Positions 42,980 through 52,840 of a DNA stretch of 64,000 nucleotides are shown in pieces. Position 1 is the first letter of the stretch; every line of letters starts with the position of its first letter. The notes beneath the pieces are model-generated. The model saw only the letters and a program-made list of their open reading frames with translations, was not told the origin of the DNA and did no database searches. Made by a program: the position numbers and the translations under genes. Source of the DNA: Bdellovibrionales bacterium (GTDB lineage: Bacteria; Bdellovibrionota; Bdellovibrionia; Bdellovibrionales; JAUICD01); contig OZ253553.1 of the NCBI GenBank assembly GCA_965262715.1, positions 448,001 to 512,000 of the forward strand. Reading direction: 5' to 3'.

Positions 42980-43603
42980 ATGGATATGATGGATCAAATT
43001 AAACAAAGCATTAAGGACTTAGTAGAAGCTCAAAAGAAAGGTCAAGAAGATGTAGATAAAAAGTTTAAGGAAGTTGCAGAAAGCCGAAAGAAAGGTCGAG
43101 AGGAAGTAGATAAAGAATTTAAAGAGCTTGCAGAAATCAATAAAAAAACAGATAAAAGGATCAATCAACTTATAGGTGAATGGGGTAATCAATGGGGAGA
43201 GTTTATTGAAAAGTTAGTAGACTCTAATATGATACGCCTTCTAGAACAACAAGGCATTGAGGTCAAACAAACTACAACCCGAGTTAAAGATAAAAGACCT
43301 CATCACCGTTGGGAGATTGACATTTTAGCTATAAACGGAAAAGAGATTGTTGCTATAGAAGTCAAAAAAACCTTAAAAAAAGAAGATGTAGATTATTTTA
43401 TAGAAGTTTTAAATATGTTTAAAAATGATTGGGCTGATTGTGCCAACAAAACTCTTTATGGAGGAATGGCCTATCTTGCCTGTAAAGAGCAAGTCGTCAA
43501 ATATGCAGAAAAATTGGGTTTATTTGTTTTTCAAGCTACAGGTAATAGTGCTACACTAGTGAATGAGCCTGGCTTTAAACCTAAGGCGATTTTATCAACT
43601 TAA
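42980..43603 (+). CDS. Coiled-coil plus PD-(D/E)XK-fold protein (DUF3782-like)
   Basis: N-terminal heptad repeats; WGEFIE, EIDILAING...IEVKK. Confidence 0.7.
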   Translation: MDMMDQIKQSIKDLVEAQKKGQEDVDKKFKEVAESRKKGREEVDKEFKELAEINKKTDKRINQLIGEWGNQWGEFIEKLVDSNMIRLLEQQGIEVKQTTTRVKDKRPHHRWEIDILAINGKEIVAIEVKKTLKKEDVDYFIEVLNMFKNDWADCANKTLYGGMAYLACKEQVVKYAEKLGLFVFQATGNSATLVNEPGFKPKAILST

Positions 43604-43722
43604 TTGTAAAACCATTATCAATGTATTATCCACATAAGAAAAGTCATTAGATATAAGCATTCTTTAGATATTTGTAGGAAAGCTAACACCATAATAGTAT
43701 TGTTGTGTTATATCTCTTGAAT

Positions 43723-45933
43723 TTAAGATGTGTAAATCTTAGCATCCTTAGAAGAAGAAGCAAGATTCTTTAAATAAGAAGAACATTCAAAATGTCTGCC
43801 ATGTTTCTTGTGAAGTGTATCTAGTTTTTCAACAATCTTGTTAATTCCAATTGTATCTGCATACCTTAAAAGTCCTCCATGGAATGGTGGAAACCCTGTT
43901 CCCATGATCATGGCTAAATCAATATCTTCAGGCTTTTCAACTAATTGTTCTTCTAAAGCATACCCTGCTTCATTGATCATAGCATATAAAGGTCTTGTAA
44001 GGATTTTTTCTTCTGTTTCCTCTGATGGCTCTTGGCGTTTTGTAATCTTAAACTGATCATAAAAATTAATATTTACTCCAACCTCCTGTGACTTGGAGTT
44101 ATAAATGTAAAAGCCTTTCTTGCTCTTTTTACCATAATGTCCTTCAGATAGCTTTGGGTCAGATAGAGAGGACATTAAAGGAGAAGGTTTTACTCTCTCT
44201 CCAAAACTTTGATAAAAGATATTGGCAACTTTAACAGCTACATCAATACCAATTTCATCAAGCAAACGGAGTGGGCCCATTGGCATACCAAAATGAACAA
44301 AAACTTCATCAATCCAATCGATAGAGTAACCTTCTTCCAATAAATAAATAGCTTCATTTAAATAAGGTAGTAAAAGACGATTCACTAAAAATCCAGGACG
44401 ATCTTTGACCACGACCGGCATCTTGCCCATTTTTTTGGCAAGGTGAAAAGTGGTTGCGATAGCTTCATCTGAAGACTTCTCTCCTCGAATCACTTCTACC
44501 AAAGGCATCTTGTGAACAGGATTGAAAAAATGCATGCCTACTACATTTTCAGGTTTATTGTGAGCCTCTGCTATTTGAGTGACACTTAATGAGGATGTGT
44601 TTGTTGCTATAATACATTTATCATGACATTTTTTTGATAACTCAGTAATGACAGTTTTTTTGATGCTTATATCTTCAATAACAGCTTCCACTATAAAATC
44701 CATTTGCTTAAAACCATCATAAGAGATACCTGCGCTTAAAAGGCTTTGTTTTTTTTGCAGGTCAAACTTTGTCATACGTCGTCTTTTTAGTTGAGTGCCC
44801 CAAAGACGGTGGGCTTCTTTAAGCCCTAGAGACAATGCTTTTGTAGTTATATCTTTCATCCTCACTTTTAAACCTTTGTCAGCAAAGAGGTGGGCAATGC
44901 CGCCTCCCATAGTGCCAGCACCCAATACTCCTACTTGTTTAATAGGAAGTATTTCTACACTTTTATCTGAAACACCTGTTTGCTTTTTGATGGCCTCTGT
45001 CATGTAGAAAAGACGAATAAGGTTTTTACTCACATCTGTAGTGGCCACTTGACCAAAACCATGAGCCTCAATTTTCATAGCCTTCTTTCTATCAGATAAT
45101 TTGTAAGTCGATCTGATCACTTCAATAGCTTTTAGCAGCGCAGGGTAATGTCCACCTGATTTTTTCATCACCATTTTTTTCGTCTCACGAAATACAATAG
45201 GAGTTCCAATAAAGCTATTTAAAAAAGAATTTCTCCATGTCTTGGACTTGAAAGTACCTACTCGCTTCTTAGAATCTGAAGCAATTAATTGGCTTGCGAA
45301 TTTAAAAGCTTGTTCTTCTAAATTAGATGCAGAAACAAGTTGATCAATTAATTTAAGTTTCAAAGCCTTCTTACCATTAACGCTTTTTCCACCGAGAATG
45401 ATATCTAAACCAGCTTCAAGGCCAATAAGCTTTGGCAGTCTCCAACATCCTCCAAATCCTGGGATTACACCTAACTTTGTTTCAGGTAGTCCAATACGCG
45501 TCGAAGAGTCATCAGTAGCTATTCTGTAATCACAAGCAAGAGCCACCTCACATCCTCCACCTAAACAGGCTCCATTGATGGCCGCAATAAAAGGAATAGG
45601 TAAGTCTTCTATCTGATTGAGAAGATTTTGGCCTATACCACACATAGATTGGGCTTTATCAGCATCTGTTATATTTTGAATTTCGGCAATATCTGCTCCC
45701 GCAATGAAAATTCTTGGTTTTCTAGAAATCATCACAATAGCTTTGTATTTAGAAGTGTTCACTCCTTCTTGAATTTCATCTATGATTTTTTGCAATTTTT
45801 GAATCACAGGAGTAGAAAGCTTATTGACTTTTTCACCTTTCAGATCCCATTCAATCACACCTATACCCTCTGGTATGGTGTGAGAATTATCTTTTGATAA
45901 GAGGTTTAATCCTTCTGCTAAATGTTCTGTCAT
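43723..45933 (-). CDS. fadJ: Fatty-acid oxidation complex alpha subunit (enoyl-CoA hydratase/3-hydroxyacyl-CoA dehydrogenase)
   Basis: AGADI, GLPETKLG, GAGTMGGG, HFFNPV; start taken at MTEHL (45933). Confidence 0.88.
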   Translation of the reverse strand: MTEHLAEGLNLLSKDNSHTIPEGIGVIEWDLKGEKVNKLSTPVIQKLQKIIDEIQEGVNTSKYKAIVMISRKPRIFIAGADIAEIQNITDADKAQSMCGIGQNLLNQIEDLPIPFIAAINGACLGGGCEVALACDYRIATDDSSTRIGLPETKLGVIPGFGGCWRLPKLIGLEAGLDIILGGKSVNGKKALKLKLIDQLVSASNLEEQAFKFASQLIASDSKKRVGTFKSKTWRNSFLNSFIGTPIVFRETKKMVMKKSGGHYPALLKAIEVIRSTYKLSDRKKAMKIEAHGFGQVATTDVSKNLIRLFYMTEAIKKQTGVSDKSVEILPIKQVGVLGAGTMGGGIAHLFADKGLKVRMKDITTKALSLGLKEAHRLWGTQLKRRRMTKFDLQKKQSLLSAGISYDGFKQMDFIVEAVIEDISIKKTVITELSKKCHDKCIIATNTSSLSVTQIAEAHNKPENVVGMHFFNPVHKMPLVEVIRGEKSSDEAIATTFHLAKKMGKMPVVVKDRPGFLVNRLLLPYLNEAIYLLEEGYSIDWIDEVFVHFGMPMGPLRLLDEIGIDVAVKVANIFYQSFGERVKPSPLMSSLSDPKLSEGHYGKKSKKGFYIYNSKSQEVGVNINFYDQFKITKRQEPSEETEEKILTRPLYAMINEAGYALEEQLVEKPEDIDLAMIMGTGFPPFHGGLLRYADTIGINKIVEKLDTLHKKHGRHFECSSYLKNLASSSKDAKIYTS

Positions 45934-45935
45934 AA

Positions 45936-47252
45936 TTAATGCTCTCTCTCTAAAATCATTGCGCCTCCCTGCCCTCCACCAATGCAAAGAGTTGCTAGTC
46001 CAAATCTTACTTCTGAACGTTTTAACATTTCTGTCATAAGTGTTAAGACTAGTCGCGAACCAGTAGCACCTACTGGATGGCCTAAAGCAATGGCACCTCC
46101 ATTGACATTGAGTTTCTCAAGGTCAAGTGTGCCTATAGATTCTGTCAGTCCTAAATTGGATTTGCAGAATTGATCATCTTCAAATGCTTTTTTACAAGCT
46201 AGAACTTGCGCCGCAAAAGCCTCATTTAGCTCTATAAGGCCTATATCTTTTAAAGAGAGATTTGCTCTTTTAAGAGCTAATGCCGTAGAATAAACAGGGC
46301 CTAAACCCATCCTTTCTGGATCCAAACCACGAAAACCATAGGATCTAATAGTTACTAACGGCTTAACATCTAACTCCTGAGCTTTTGCTCTTGTCATTAG
46401 CATCACCATTGCCGCCCCATCTGTGATGGGGCAAGTGTTGCCAGCCGTTACTGTGCCATATTTTTTATCGAAAAATGGTCTTAATTTAGCTAAAGCCTTA
46501 AGTGTTTGGTTCTCTCTAGGGCCTATATCCTCTTCAGCTATAACTTTATGTTCTGGTGAAATAAAAACAGGAGTGATTTCTTCAGCTAATCTTCCTGACT
46601 TCTGGGCCTGCACCGCTCTTTGGTGACTTTGTAGGGCAAATTCATCTTGCTCCTGACGTGAAATATGAAACTCTTTAGCTAAAACTTCAGCTGTTTGTCC
46701 CATATTTAAACCACAAAAAGGATCTGTAAGTCCCTCCATAAGCGCAATTCTTGGTTTTAAGTGTTTTAGTTTCAGTTTAGATAAAGCAGAAAGTTTTTTC
46801 TGAAGAGTTTTTGCAAATATAAATTCTGAAAAAATATCTGTAAAGCTTTGTTGGAAAACTAAAGGTATTTGAGACATGCTTTCTGTACCGCCTGCAACCA
46901 CAACATCTGCCATACCTGCTTTGATTTTATCAAATCCTGTTGCAATACTCTCTAATGCAGAAGCGCAATTGCGATGGACAGTGTGTGCAGAGATAGATTT
47001 TGGAAGTCCCGCATTTAAAGCGATAACTCGTGCAATATTTACAGTATCAATAGGGTTACCAATGTTACCAACAATGACTTCTTGGATTTGATCTGAATCG
47101 ATCTCTACCTTGTATAAAAGTTCTCTTAAGGCTATGGCCCCTAGCTCTGCAGCATGGATGGCTTTCAAAGTTGTATTCGCTTTGGCAAAAGGTGTTCTTA
47201 CACCTCCGACAATCACAACATCTATTAATTTAGAATTAGAAGCTTCTATCAT
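45936..47252 (-). CDS. fadI: Acetyl-CoA C-acyltransferase (thiolase)
   Basis: [26 protein letters not shown]. Confidence 0.9.
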   Translation of the reverse strand: MIEASNSKLIDVVIVGGVRTPFAKANTTLKAIHAAELGAIALRELLYKVEIDSDQIQEVIVGNIGNPIDTVNIARVIALNAGLPKSISAHTVHRNCASALESIATGFDKIKAGMADVVVAGGTESMSQIPLVFQQSFTDIFSEFIFAKTLQKKLSALSKLKLKHLKPRIALMEGLTDPFCGLNMGQTAEVLAKEFHISRQEQDEFALQSHQRAVQAQKSGRLAEEITPVFISPEHKVIAEEDIGPRENQTLKALAKLRPFFDKKYGTVTAGNTCPITDGAAMVMLMTRAKAQELDVKPLVTIRSYGFRGLDPERMGLGPVYSTALALKRANLSLKDIGLIELNEAFAAQVLACKKAFEDDQFCKSNLGLTESIGTLDLEKLNVNGGAIALGHPVGATGSRLVLTLMTEMLKRSEVRFGLATLCIGGGQGGAMILEREH

Positions 47253-47607
47253 TTTAACCTAGTTCTTATTGACTGTGTTTTTTTATGTCTCTATTTAATA
47301 TGCTAAAGATCATTATAACATGTCAACTGTTTCCCTCAAAATAAACCAACCTCTATTTCACTAAAATGCACCTACTCTCTCGAGACGAGTCTCTGATCAT
47401 TTTTGGCAATGACTTCGATAGTCTTGCGTCTCAGTTCCCAGCAATGTTTGGTTATTGTTCACCATGGATACCTATCTCTTATGACCATGTATGTAGTAGA
47501 GCTTGTGATTTTTGCTAGGTATGTGAAGGTATAAGTGGCGGAAAAAGTATCTCCCTAAAAAAAGCTGCATGAAATGGCAATAATCTACATATTATATCGG
47601 GTTATAT

Positions 47608-48501
47608 CTATCGGTATCGAGCTTCTGTCACTTTCATTTTTAAATAGTCTTCAGTGAAAGAAGAACTCTCAGCCACTTGTTCGATAGGCTCATTGTCTTT
47701 TAAGACTCTGGCTACGGCCCTTTCTATTCGTGAATTGTGGGTTAAGTCTTTTGTGCCCCGATTGTCTCTGCTCTCTGGGTGAAACAATCTCAAGATTTCG
47801 TATTCGGGTATAAGAGTTATACTAGAAATCTCTGAGGCAAGTATTCCTTGTTTGAGCATTTCAGTTGCTTTATTTTTAATCCAACTATTTAGAGTAGAGA
47901 AACTTACTTGAAATAATTTAGCTAAATAACGCCGATCTATATTATAAGGAGGTAAAGCTAATTCTGCGCCTTTTAATCTTTGCTTTTCACGATAAGATAT
48001 TTTTTTCTCCCTTTCTTTAAGGTAAAAAGAAGGGAGATTACCTAGGTTGTCTGTAGTTTCTGGGTCAATTCCTAGCTTAATTAAAATATAAATAGTATCG
48101 AAGCGGGAGAAGATATTCTTATTTAAAGCAGCATAATGCAAGGCTGTTCTTTTATTTGAATCCTCTGTATTCACATCAACATTTAGTTCAGAGACAATAG
48201 CTTCAATCGAATCAGGTTCTCCTAAGAGAGAGGCGTAATAAAGTAAACTGTTGCCATTATTATGTAACTCCTCGTATGCTTTCTCCAAATAACCTTGATC
48301 TTCTAAAAGATGACCTAAATTATCTTGCTCTATAGCTTCGTATGTCTGATGTAAAAACCTAGTCGTATCCCCCAATAAAGCTTTTTTACATGCATCTAAG
48401 TTAAAATCACTAGCATGAGCCTTATTAAAATCACTAGCATGAGCTTTATAAGTTAAGATCAAAATAAGAGATATTAAAAGAGGTTTAATAAAGTATCTCA
48501 T
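47608..48501 (-). CDS. Secreted ankyrin-repeat protein with HTH-like C-terminus
   Basis: Signal peptide; GNSLLYYA and RTALHYAA ankyrin repeats; KAHASDFN duplicated. Confidence 0.7.
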   Translation of the reverse strand: MRYFIKPLLISLILILTYKAHASDFNKAHASDFNLDACKKALLGDTTRFLHQTYEAIEQDNLGHLLEDQGYLEKAYEELHNNGNSLLYYASLLGEPDSIEAIVSELNVDVNTEDSNKRTALHYAALNKNIFSRFDTIYILIKLGIDPETTDNLGNLPSFYLKEREKKISYREKQRLKGAELALPPYNIDRRYLAKLFQVSFSTLNSWIKNKATEMLKQGILASEISSITLIPEYEILRLFHPESRDNRGTKDLTHNSRIERAVARVLKDNEPIEQVAESSSFTEDYLKMKVTEARYR

Positions 48502-48997
48502 GCTTAACAGCTATAAATTAACCGTTAGGGTTTTTCAATTGATTTTTCAAAAAAAAATATAGAACTCCAAAAACAGTAGCTCCTATAGCTGTTAGAATGA
48601 TTACTGTTAAAAAAGCCTTCTGTAGTTGCTTTAATTTTGACTTCAAGTTCCTAAAATATATCTAATAATTGACTAGCATGCCCATGATAGCCTACCGAAT
48701 CTTGACTATCTTTGTGGCACAATCTAAACACGGATATGATCTTAGCTTGTTCCATGAAGAGATTTAAATAAGGAAATACTTTTGTTTTCGTTTCCTTATT
48801 CTTTCTTGTCCTCTCACCCTTAACAACAAATCACCTAAATCTTTACAACTAGTAAAAAATTTGATGCTTTAAGCTAAAGACAATATCTTTTGCAAAGCAA
48901 TTGCCATCGGCAATTTTTTAAGGGCTTACGATTTAGTTTGAAATATTAGAAGCCATCTCAAAAATAAAGTTTTATATCACCCGTTGAGAAATAAAAG

Positions 48998-49160
48998 CAT
49001 TTCCCTTAACATTGTGTAAAAAAATGAGAGATATCTACCTTACTCAAAATAAACAGATTTTTGAGGTAGCCAGCATTTTACTGACAGTGTGAACTGTCAG
49101 GCTGGTTACCCAAAAACAACCAGAGGCCCGCCTCGAGGGGTTGGTTTATTTTGAGTGAAA
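48998..49160 (-). repeat. Diverged copy of the 155-bp hairpin element without CRISPR repeats
   Basis: Reverse complement aligns with 34120-34274 (ggcctctgg, aaccagcctgac, tgtcag, gctgg, ctctcattttttt, caatgttaagg). Confidence 0.75.
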
Positions 49161-49623
49161 TAAATTAAATACAAAACATAATATAACTAAAGATGGCTTC
49201 TTACTCAAAATGGACAGACTTGACAAGAGCCACGATAGTGGCCCTACGGGAAGCCGTAAAGGTCCATTACCATTCGAGTTCAATGCTTCGATTTGTAAGC
49301 ACTTTATTTGAATGCCGGATAAGTAAGAAGTGATAATAGCTAATGATATGAATGGGAAAGAGTTCTGGCCTCAGGGCAATGATTTTGAAATTCAAGAAAT
49401 AAATTGAAGGTCCAGCTCAATTTGAGTGAAACAGTTCTTTTATGCGGTACTTAAATTAAGAGGTTGTTTTGAAAACGTGGATATTAGAAGTAATTTTGAG
49501 ATGAGTTCTAAATATGTACTGAAAAGAAACATTTTTAAAAAAATAAACTTACAAACTGTTTTTAAGTAATAAAAAAATAAATTCCTCTTTCACAAAAAGA
49601 GAAAAAACTTATATACTAAGCGT

Positions 49624-51015
49624 ATGCGTATTTTATTTTCTTTTTTCATAATTATTGCTTATGTTAGCTTGTTTTTGCCCCAAACTGGTCAGGCACAAAT
49701 ACTGCGCTCTAAAAATATAGCTATTACTATAGATCAAGCTAAGATTCAAAAAAGTCTTATAGCTATGCCTGACTTTCAAGGAAATAGCTCTGCTGGCAGG
49801 GTGCTTTATAATACTATACGTAATAATTTAGATATCAATTCCTTCTTTCAATTAATTGATCCAAAAGCCTTTTTAGAAGATTCAAATGTATCATTAAGAC
49901 CTTATCCAGAAAACCCCGATGGATTTAAGTTTGAAAACTGGAAAGTCATTAATGCTGAATTTTTAATCCGTGGAAGCCATCGTATTTCAGGAGGACAGTT
50001 GTATTTTGAAAGTTATGTTTATCATGTGCCACGCTCTAAACTCATATTTAAAAAAGAATATAAAGCTCAAGCTCGTCAAGGCAGATGGATAGCTCATACA
50101 TTTTCTAATGACTTGTTTAAAACTTTAACAGGAAGAGAAGGCATGTTCTTATCCCAAGTGGTTGTCGGCAGTGATAGATCAGGAGGTAAATGGCGAGAAA
50201 TTTATGTTATGGATTGGGATGGTGATAATATGCAGAGGATGACTCGACATCGGTCTATTTCTCTTTCACCATCATGGTCTCAAGATGGAAAGTCTATCGC
50301 TTACAGCACTTACACTCTCCGACGTGATAGAGGCAGTCGTAATAAGTTTACCAATTTAGATCTTCTCCATTTGGATATAGCTTCTAGAAAGAAAAAACTT
50401 CTTTCAGGAAAAAAAGGCCTCAACTCTGGGTCAGTTTTTCATCCAAATGGAAGGCATGTATTTCTAAGTTTAATCTCTCAAGGAAGTGCTAATATTTTTC
50501 GAATCCGTACTACAGATAGGAAAGATGTGACTAGAATCACTAAGGGGCCTTATAGGGCTATGAATGTAGAGCCTTCTGTAAGTCCTGATGGTCGTAAAAT
50601 AGCTTTTTCCTCTGATAGGTCAGGTCGGCCAATGATCTATATTATGAATACAGATGGCTCGCAGCCTAAGAGATTAACTTTTGCAGGTCATTATAATTCA
50701 TCTCCATCATGGTCTCCAGATGGTAAATGGATTGCCTTTTCTAGTTATCAAAAAAGATATAATGATATTTTTGTGATTAGATCTGATGGTACAGGATTGA
50801 AAAGATTAACAAGTTCTAAAGGTAAAGATGGAAAGAGAGCTAATAATGAAGAACCTACATTCTCACCAGATAGTGGACATGTGATATTTGTGAGCGATAG
50901 AACAGGTAAAAAGCAGCTACATATAGTTGGTATTGATGGTACAAATGAAAAAAGAATTACTTCTGATAATTATAACTACTATAAACCTAAATGGGGACCT
51001 TCTTTATCCAATTAA
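49624..51015 (+). CDS. tolB: Tol-Pal system beta-propeller protein TolB
   Basis: TolB N-terminal domain plus repeated PD40 (PSWSPDG) motifs. Confidence 0.88.
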   Translation: MRILFSFFIIIAYVSLFLPQTGQAQILRSKNIAITIDQAKIQKSLIAMPDFQGNSSAGRVLYNTIRNNLDINSFFQLIDPKAFLEDSNVSLRPYPENPDGFKFENWKVINAEFLIRGSHRISGGQLYFESYVYHVPRSKLIFKKEYKAQARQGRWIAHTFSNDLFKTLTGREGMFLSQVVVGSDRSGGKWREIYVMDWDGDNMQRMTRHRSISLSPSWSQDGKSIAYSTYTLRRDRGSRNKFTNLDLLHLDIASRKKKLLSGKKGLNSGSVFHPNGRHVFLSLISQGSANIFRIRTTDRKDVTRITKGPYRAMNVEPSVSPDGRKIAFSSDRSGRPMIYIMNTDGSQPKRLTFAGHYNSSPSWSPDGKWIAFSSYQKRYNDIFVIRSDGTGLKRLTSSKGKDGKRANNEEPTFSPDSGHVIFVSDRTGKKQLHIVGIDGTNEKRITSDNYNYYKPKWGPSLSN

Positions 51016-51211
51016 TTATTATTATTTCGATCTACAAGAATGACTAAAGCTCTTTTGTAGCATAGAACCTTCAATTTGTTTTTTGAACTTCAAAATCATT
51101 GCCCTAAGGCTAGACTCATGAGGTTAGCCTCTGTCTACTTGTATCATTAGAAGCAGTCTTACAAAATGCTGTGTCTATTATTTTAACTTACCTTAATGAC
51201 GCAGTGATTTA

Positions 51212-51364
51212 GAGCTATGGCAAGCTTCCTCTATAAGCAAACAGGCAACCCCCGCGCCTTGCATTCTATTATTTTATGATTTTACTCTAGAATAGAGCAC
51301 TTTAAAGAGAACTTCATTTTCTCAGGCGCTGGCCTGAGCTTATTTCAGAAGCTTGCCATAGCTC
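51212..51364. mobile_element. MITE-like element with a perfect 17-bp TIR
   Basis: gagctatggcaagcttc ... gaagcttgccatagctc; no ORF inside. Confidence 0.6.
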
Positions 51365-51606
51365 CATGCTTTAGATATTCAGGGAGAGTTTTATATCAAA
51401 TATTTGGTATTTCAGATATAAGTCTAAAGTGCTCATATCAAAAACTTTATCTTTGTTATGATTTCAGATAACTTGCCAATATAGTGCTAATTAATTGTAC
51501 TTGTTATAGAGCCAACAAGGTTTTTAACTATATTTTTATTTTTATAAACTTATGTTGACTTTGGGGTTTTGTTATTGATACAAAGGACTTTATTTAGAAG
51601 GTCTTT

Positions 51607-52242
51607 ATGATGAATTGGGTTAAGTACTCTATTAAAACTTATTTGCTATGTATATTAGCAATAAGCTTTTTTATACAAACAGATATGCAGGCTCAACAGA
51701 TTTCTCAACTGCCTTGTCTACCATCTTGGTGGTCTCAAGATCATACTCCAGAAGAGGTAGAAACAGTACATGCATCTGATGATAATGTCTTACTCCAACA
51801 ATGTGATGAAGATGGAAATACTCCTCTTCATATTGCTTTAATTAGTTTAAAGCTCGATCCTTTATCTGTAGATCAAACAGGCTTAATATGTGCTTGGGCT
51901 AGAGATATTGGTAGAGATGGTCTCCAACTCTACAGGAATAGACAAGGAGAAAATCCTTTAATGCTTTTTGAGGCAAGGTTTGGAAGAATGTTAGCAGAAA
52001 TAAGTTATAGTTCATCAGAAGAACTTCAAAACTTATTTGAAGAAGAATCTTTTGTTATGGAAGTAGTTCTTTATATTTTAGTACAGACAACTATTATGGG
52101 AAATTCACGGGAAAGAGCAATGAGTGAAGTTTTAACTGCTGGAATTTCTTCTTTGCTTGACCAACTAGGTGAAGGTGCTAGAGAATTTTTTTTGGAAAGG
52201 CTTCTTGAAATGGAGTCTATGTCATCTCAAGAGCACCCTTAG
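51607..52242 (+). CDS. Secreted hypothetical protein with ankyrin-like motifs
   Basis: Signal peptide; DGNTPLHIA and QGENPLM. Confidence 0.6.
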   Translation: MMNWVKYSIKTYLLCILAISFFIQTDMQAQQISQLPCLPSWWSQDHTPEEVETVHASDDNVLLQQCDEDGNTPLHIALISLKLDPLSVDQTGLICAWARDIGRDGLQLYRNRQGENPLMLFEARFGRMLAEISYSSSEELQNLFEEESFVMEVVLYILVQTTIMGNSRERAMSEVLTAGISSLLDQLGEGAREFFLERLLEMESMSSQEHP

Positions 52243-52527
52243 ATTTAGAACTTTTTAAACTTTAATAACTCGTCCTGATAATTAATTATGTTAAAGAATC
52301 TCTCAATGAGATCATTATTGATCTATGTAGAGGAATAAATCGCCTTTTTCTAATTATCAGAAAGGGATAAAGATGGAAGATTTTTTTTATTGTGAAAGAG
52401 TGAAAGTGTTCTTATTTTGAGTCGAAAAAAAAACAAGCTGTCTTATATTGAAGCTATCTTACCTTCTTTAAGTTACTATTATTGATATCCTTACAAATTT
52501 AGATTATAATAAATAGTATATAGGGAG

Positions 52528-52806
52528 GTGGTTTTGATTTCAGCCGTATGTCCTTTGGGAATTATTTGTGTCATAGTTATGTTACCTTTTATAATTATAC
52601 TCATTCCAGTCATTACAGCTTTGCATGTTTTTAACTTCTTTACTTCAACATTTGGTACTCCTATAGGCCTTTTACTCTTTTCTGCTTTAGCCCTTATAAT
52701 GATATCTGCTTTATATAAGCTGTTTAGAGTTATACAGGCAAAAAGACAAAATCTTTGTTTGGAACAAAGAGATAGAATATTTAATGAGTACATCCTCCGA
52801 CGTTAG
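52528..52806 (+). CDS. Small membrane protein
   Basis: Two hydrophobic helices; start uncertain. Confidence 0.4.
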   Translation: MVLISAVCPLGIICVIVMLPFIIILIPVITALHVFNFFTSTFGTPIGLLLFSALALIMISALYKLFRVIQAKRQNLCLEQRDRIFNEYILRR

Positions 52807-52840
52807 CTCATTTTTAAATCTTTATGTAACAACACCTTTT

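Noticed and set aside
45934..45987. N-terminal extension MHWWRAG... of fadJ
   Set aside because: Overlaps the thiolase end; the MTEHL start just after the thiolase stop is more plausible
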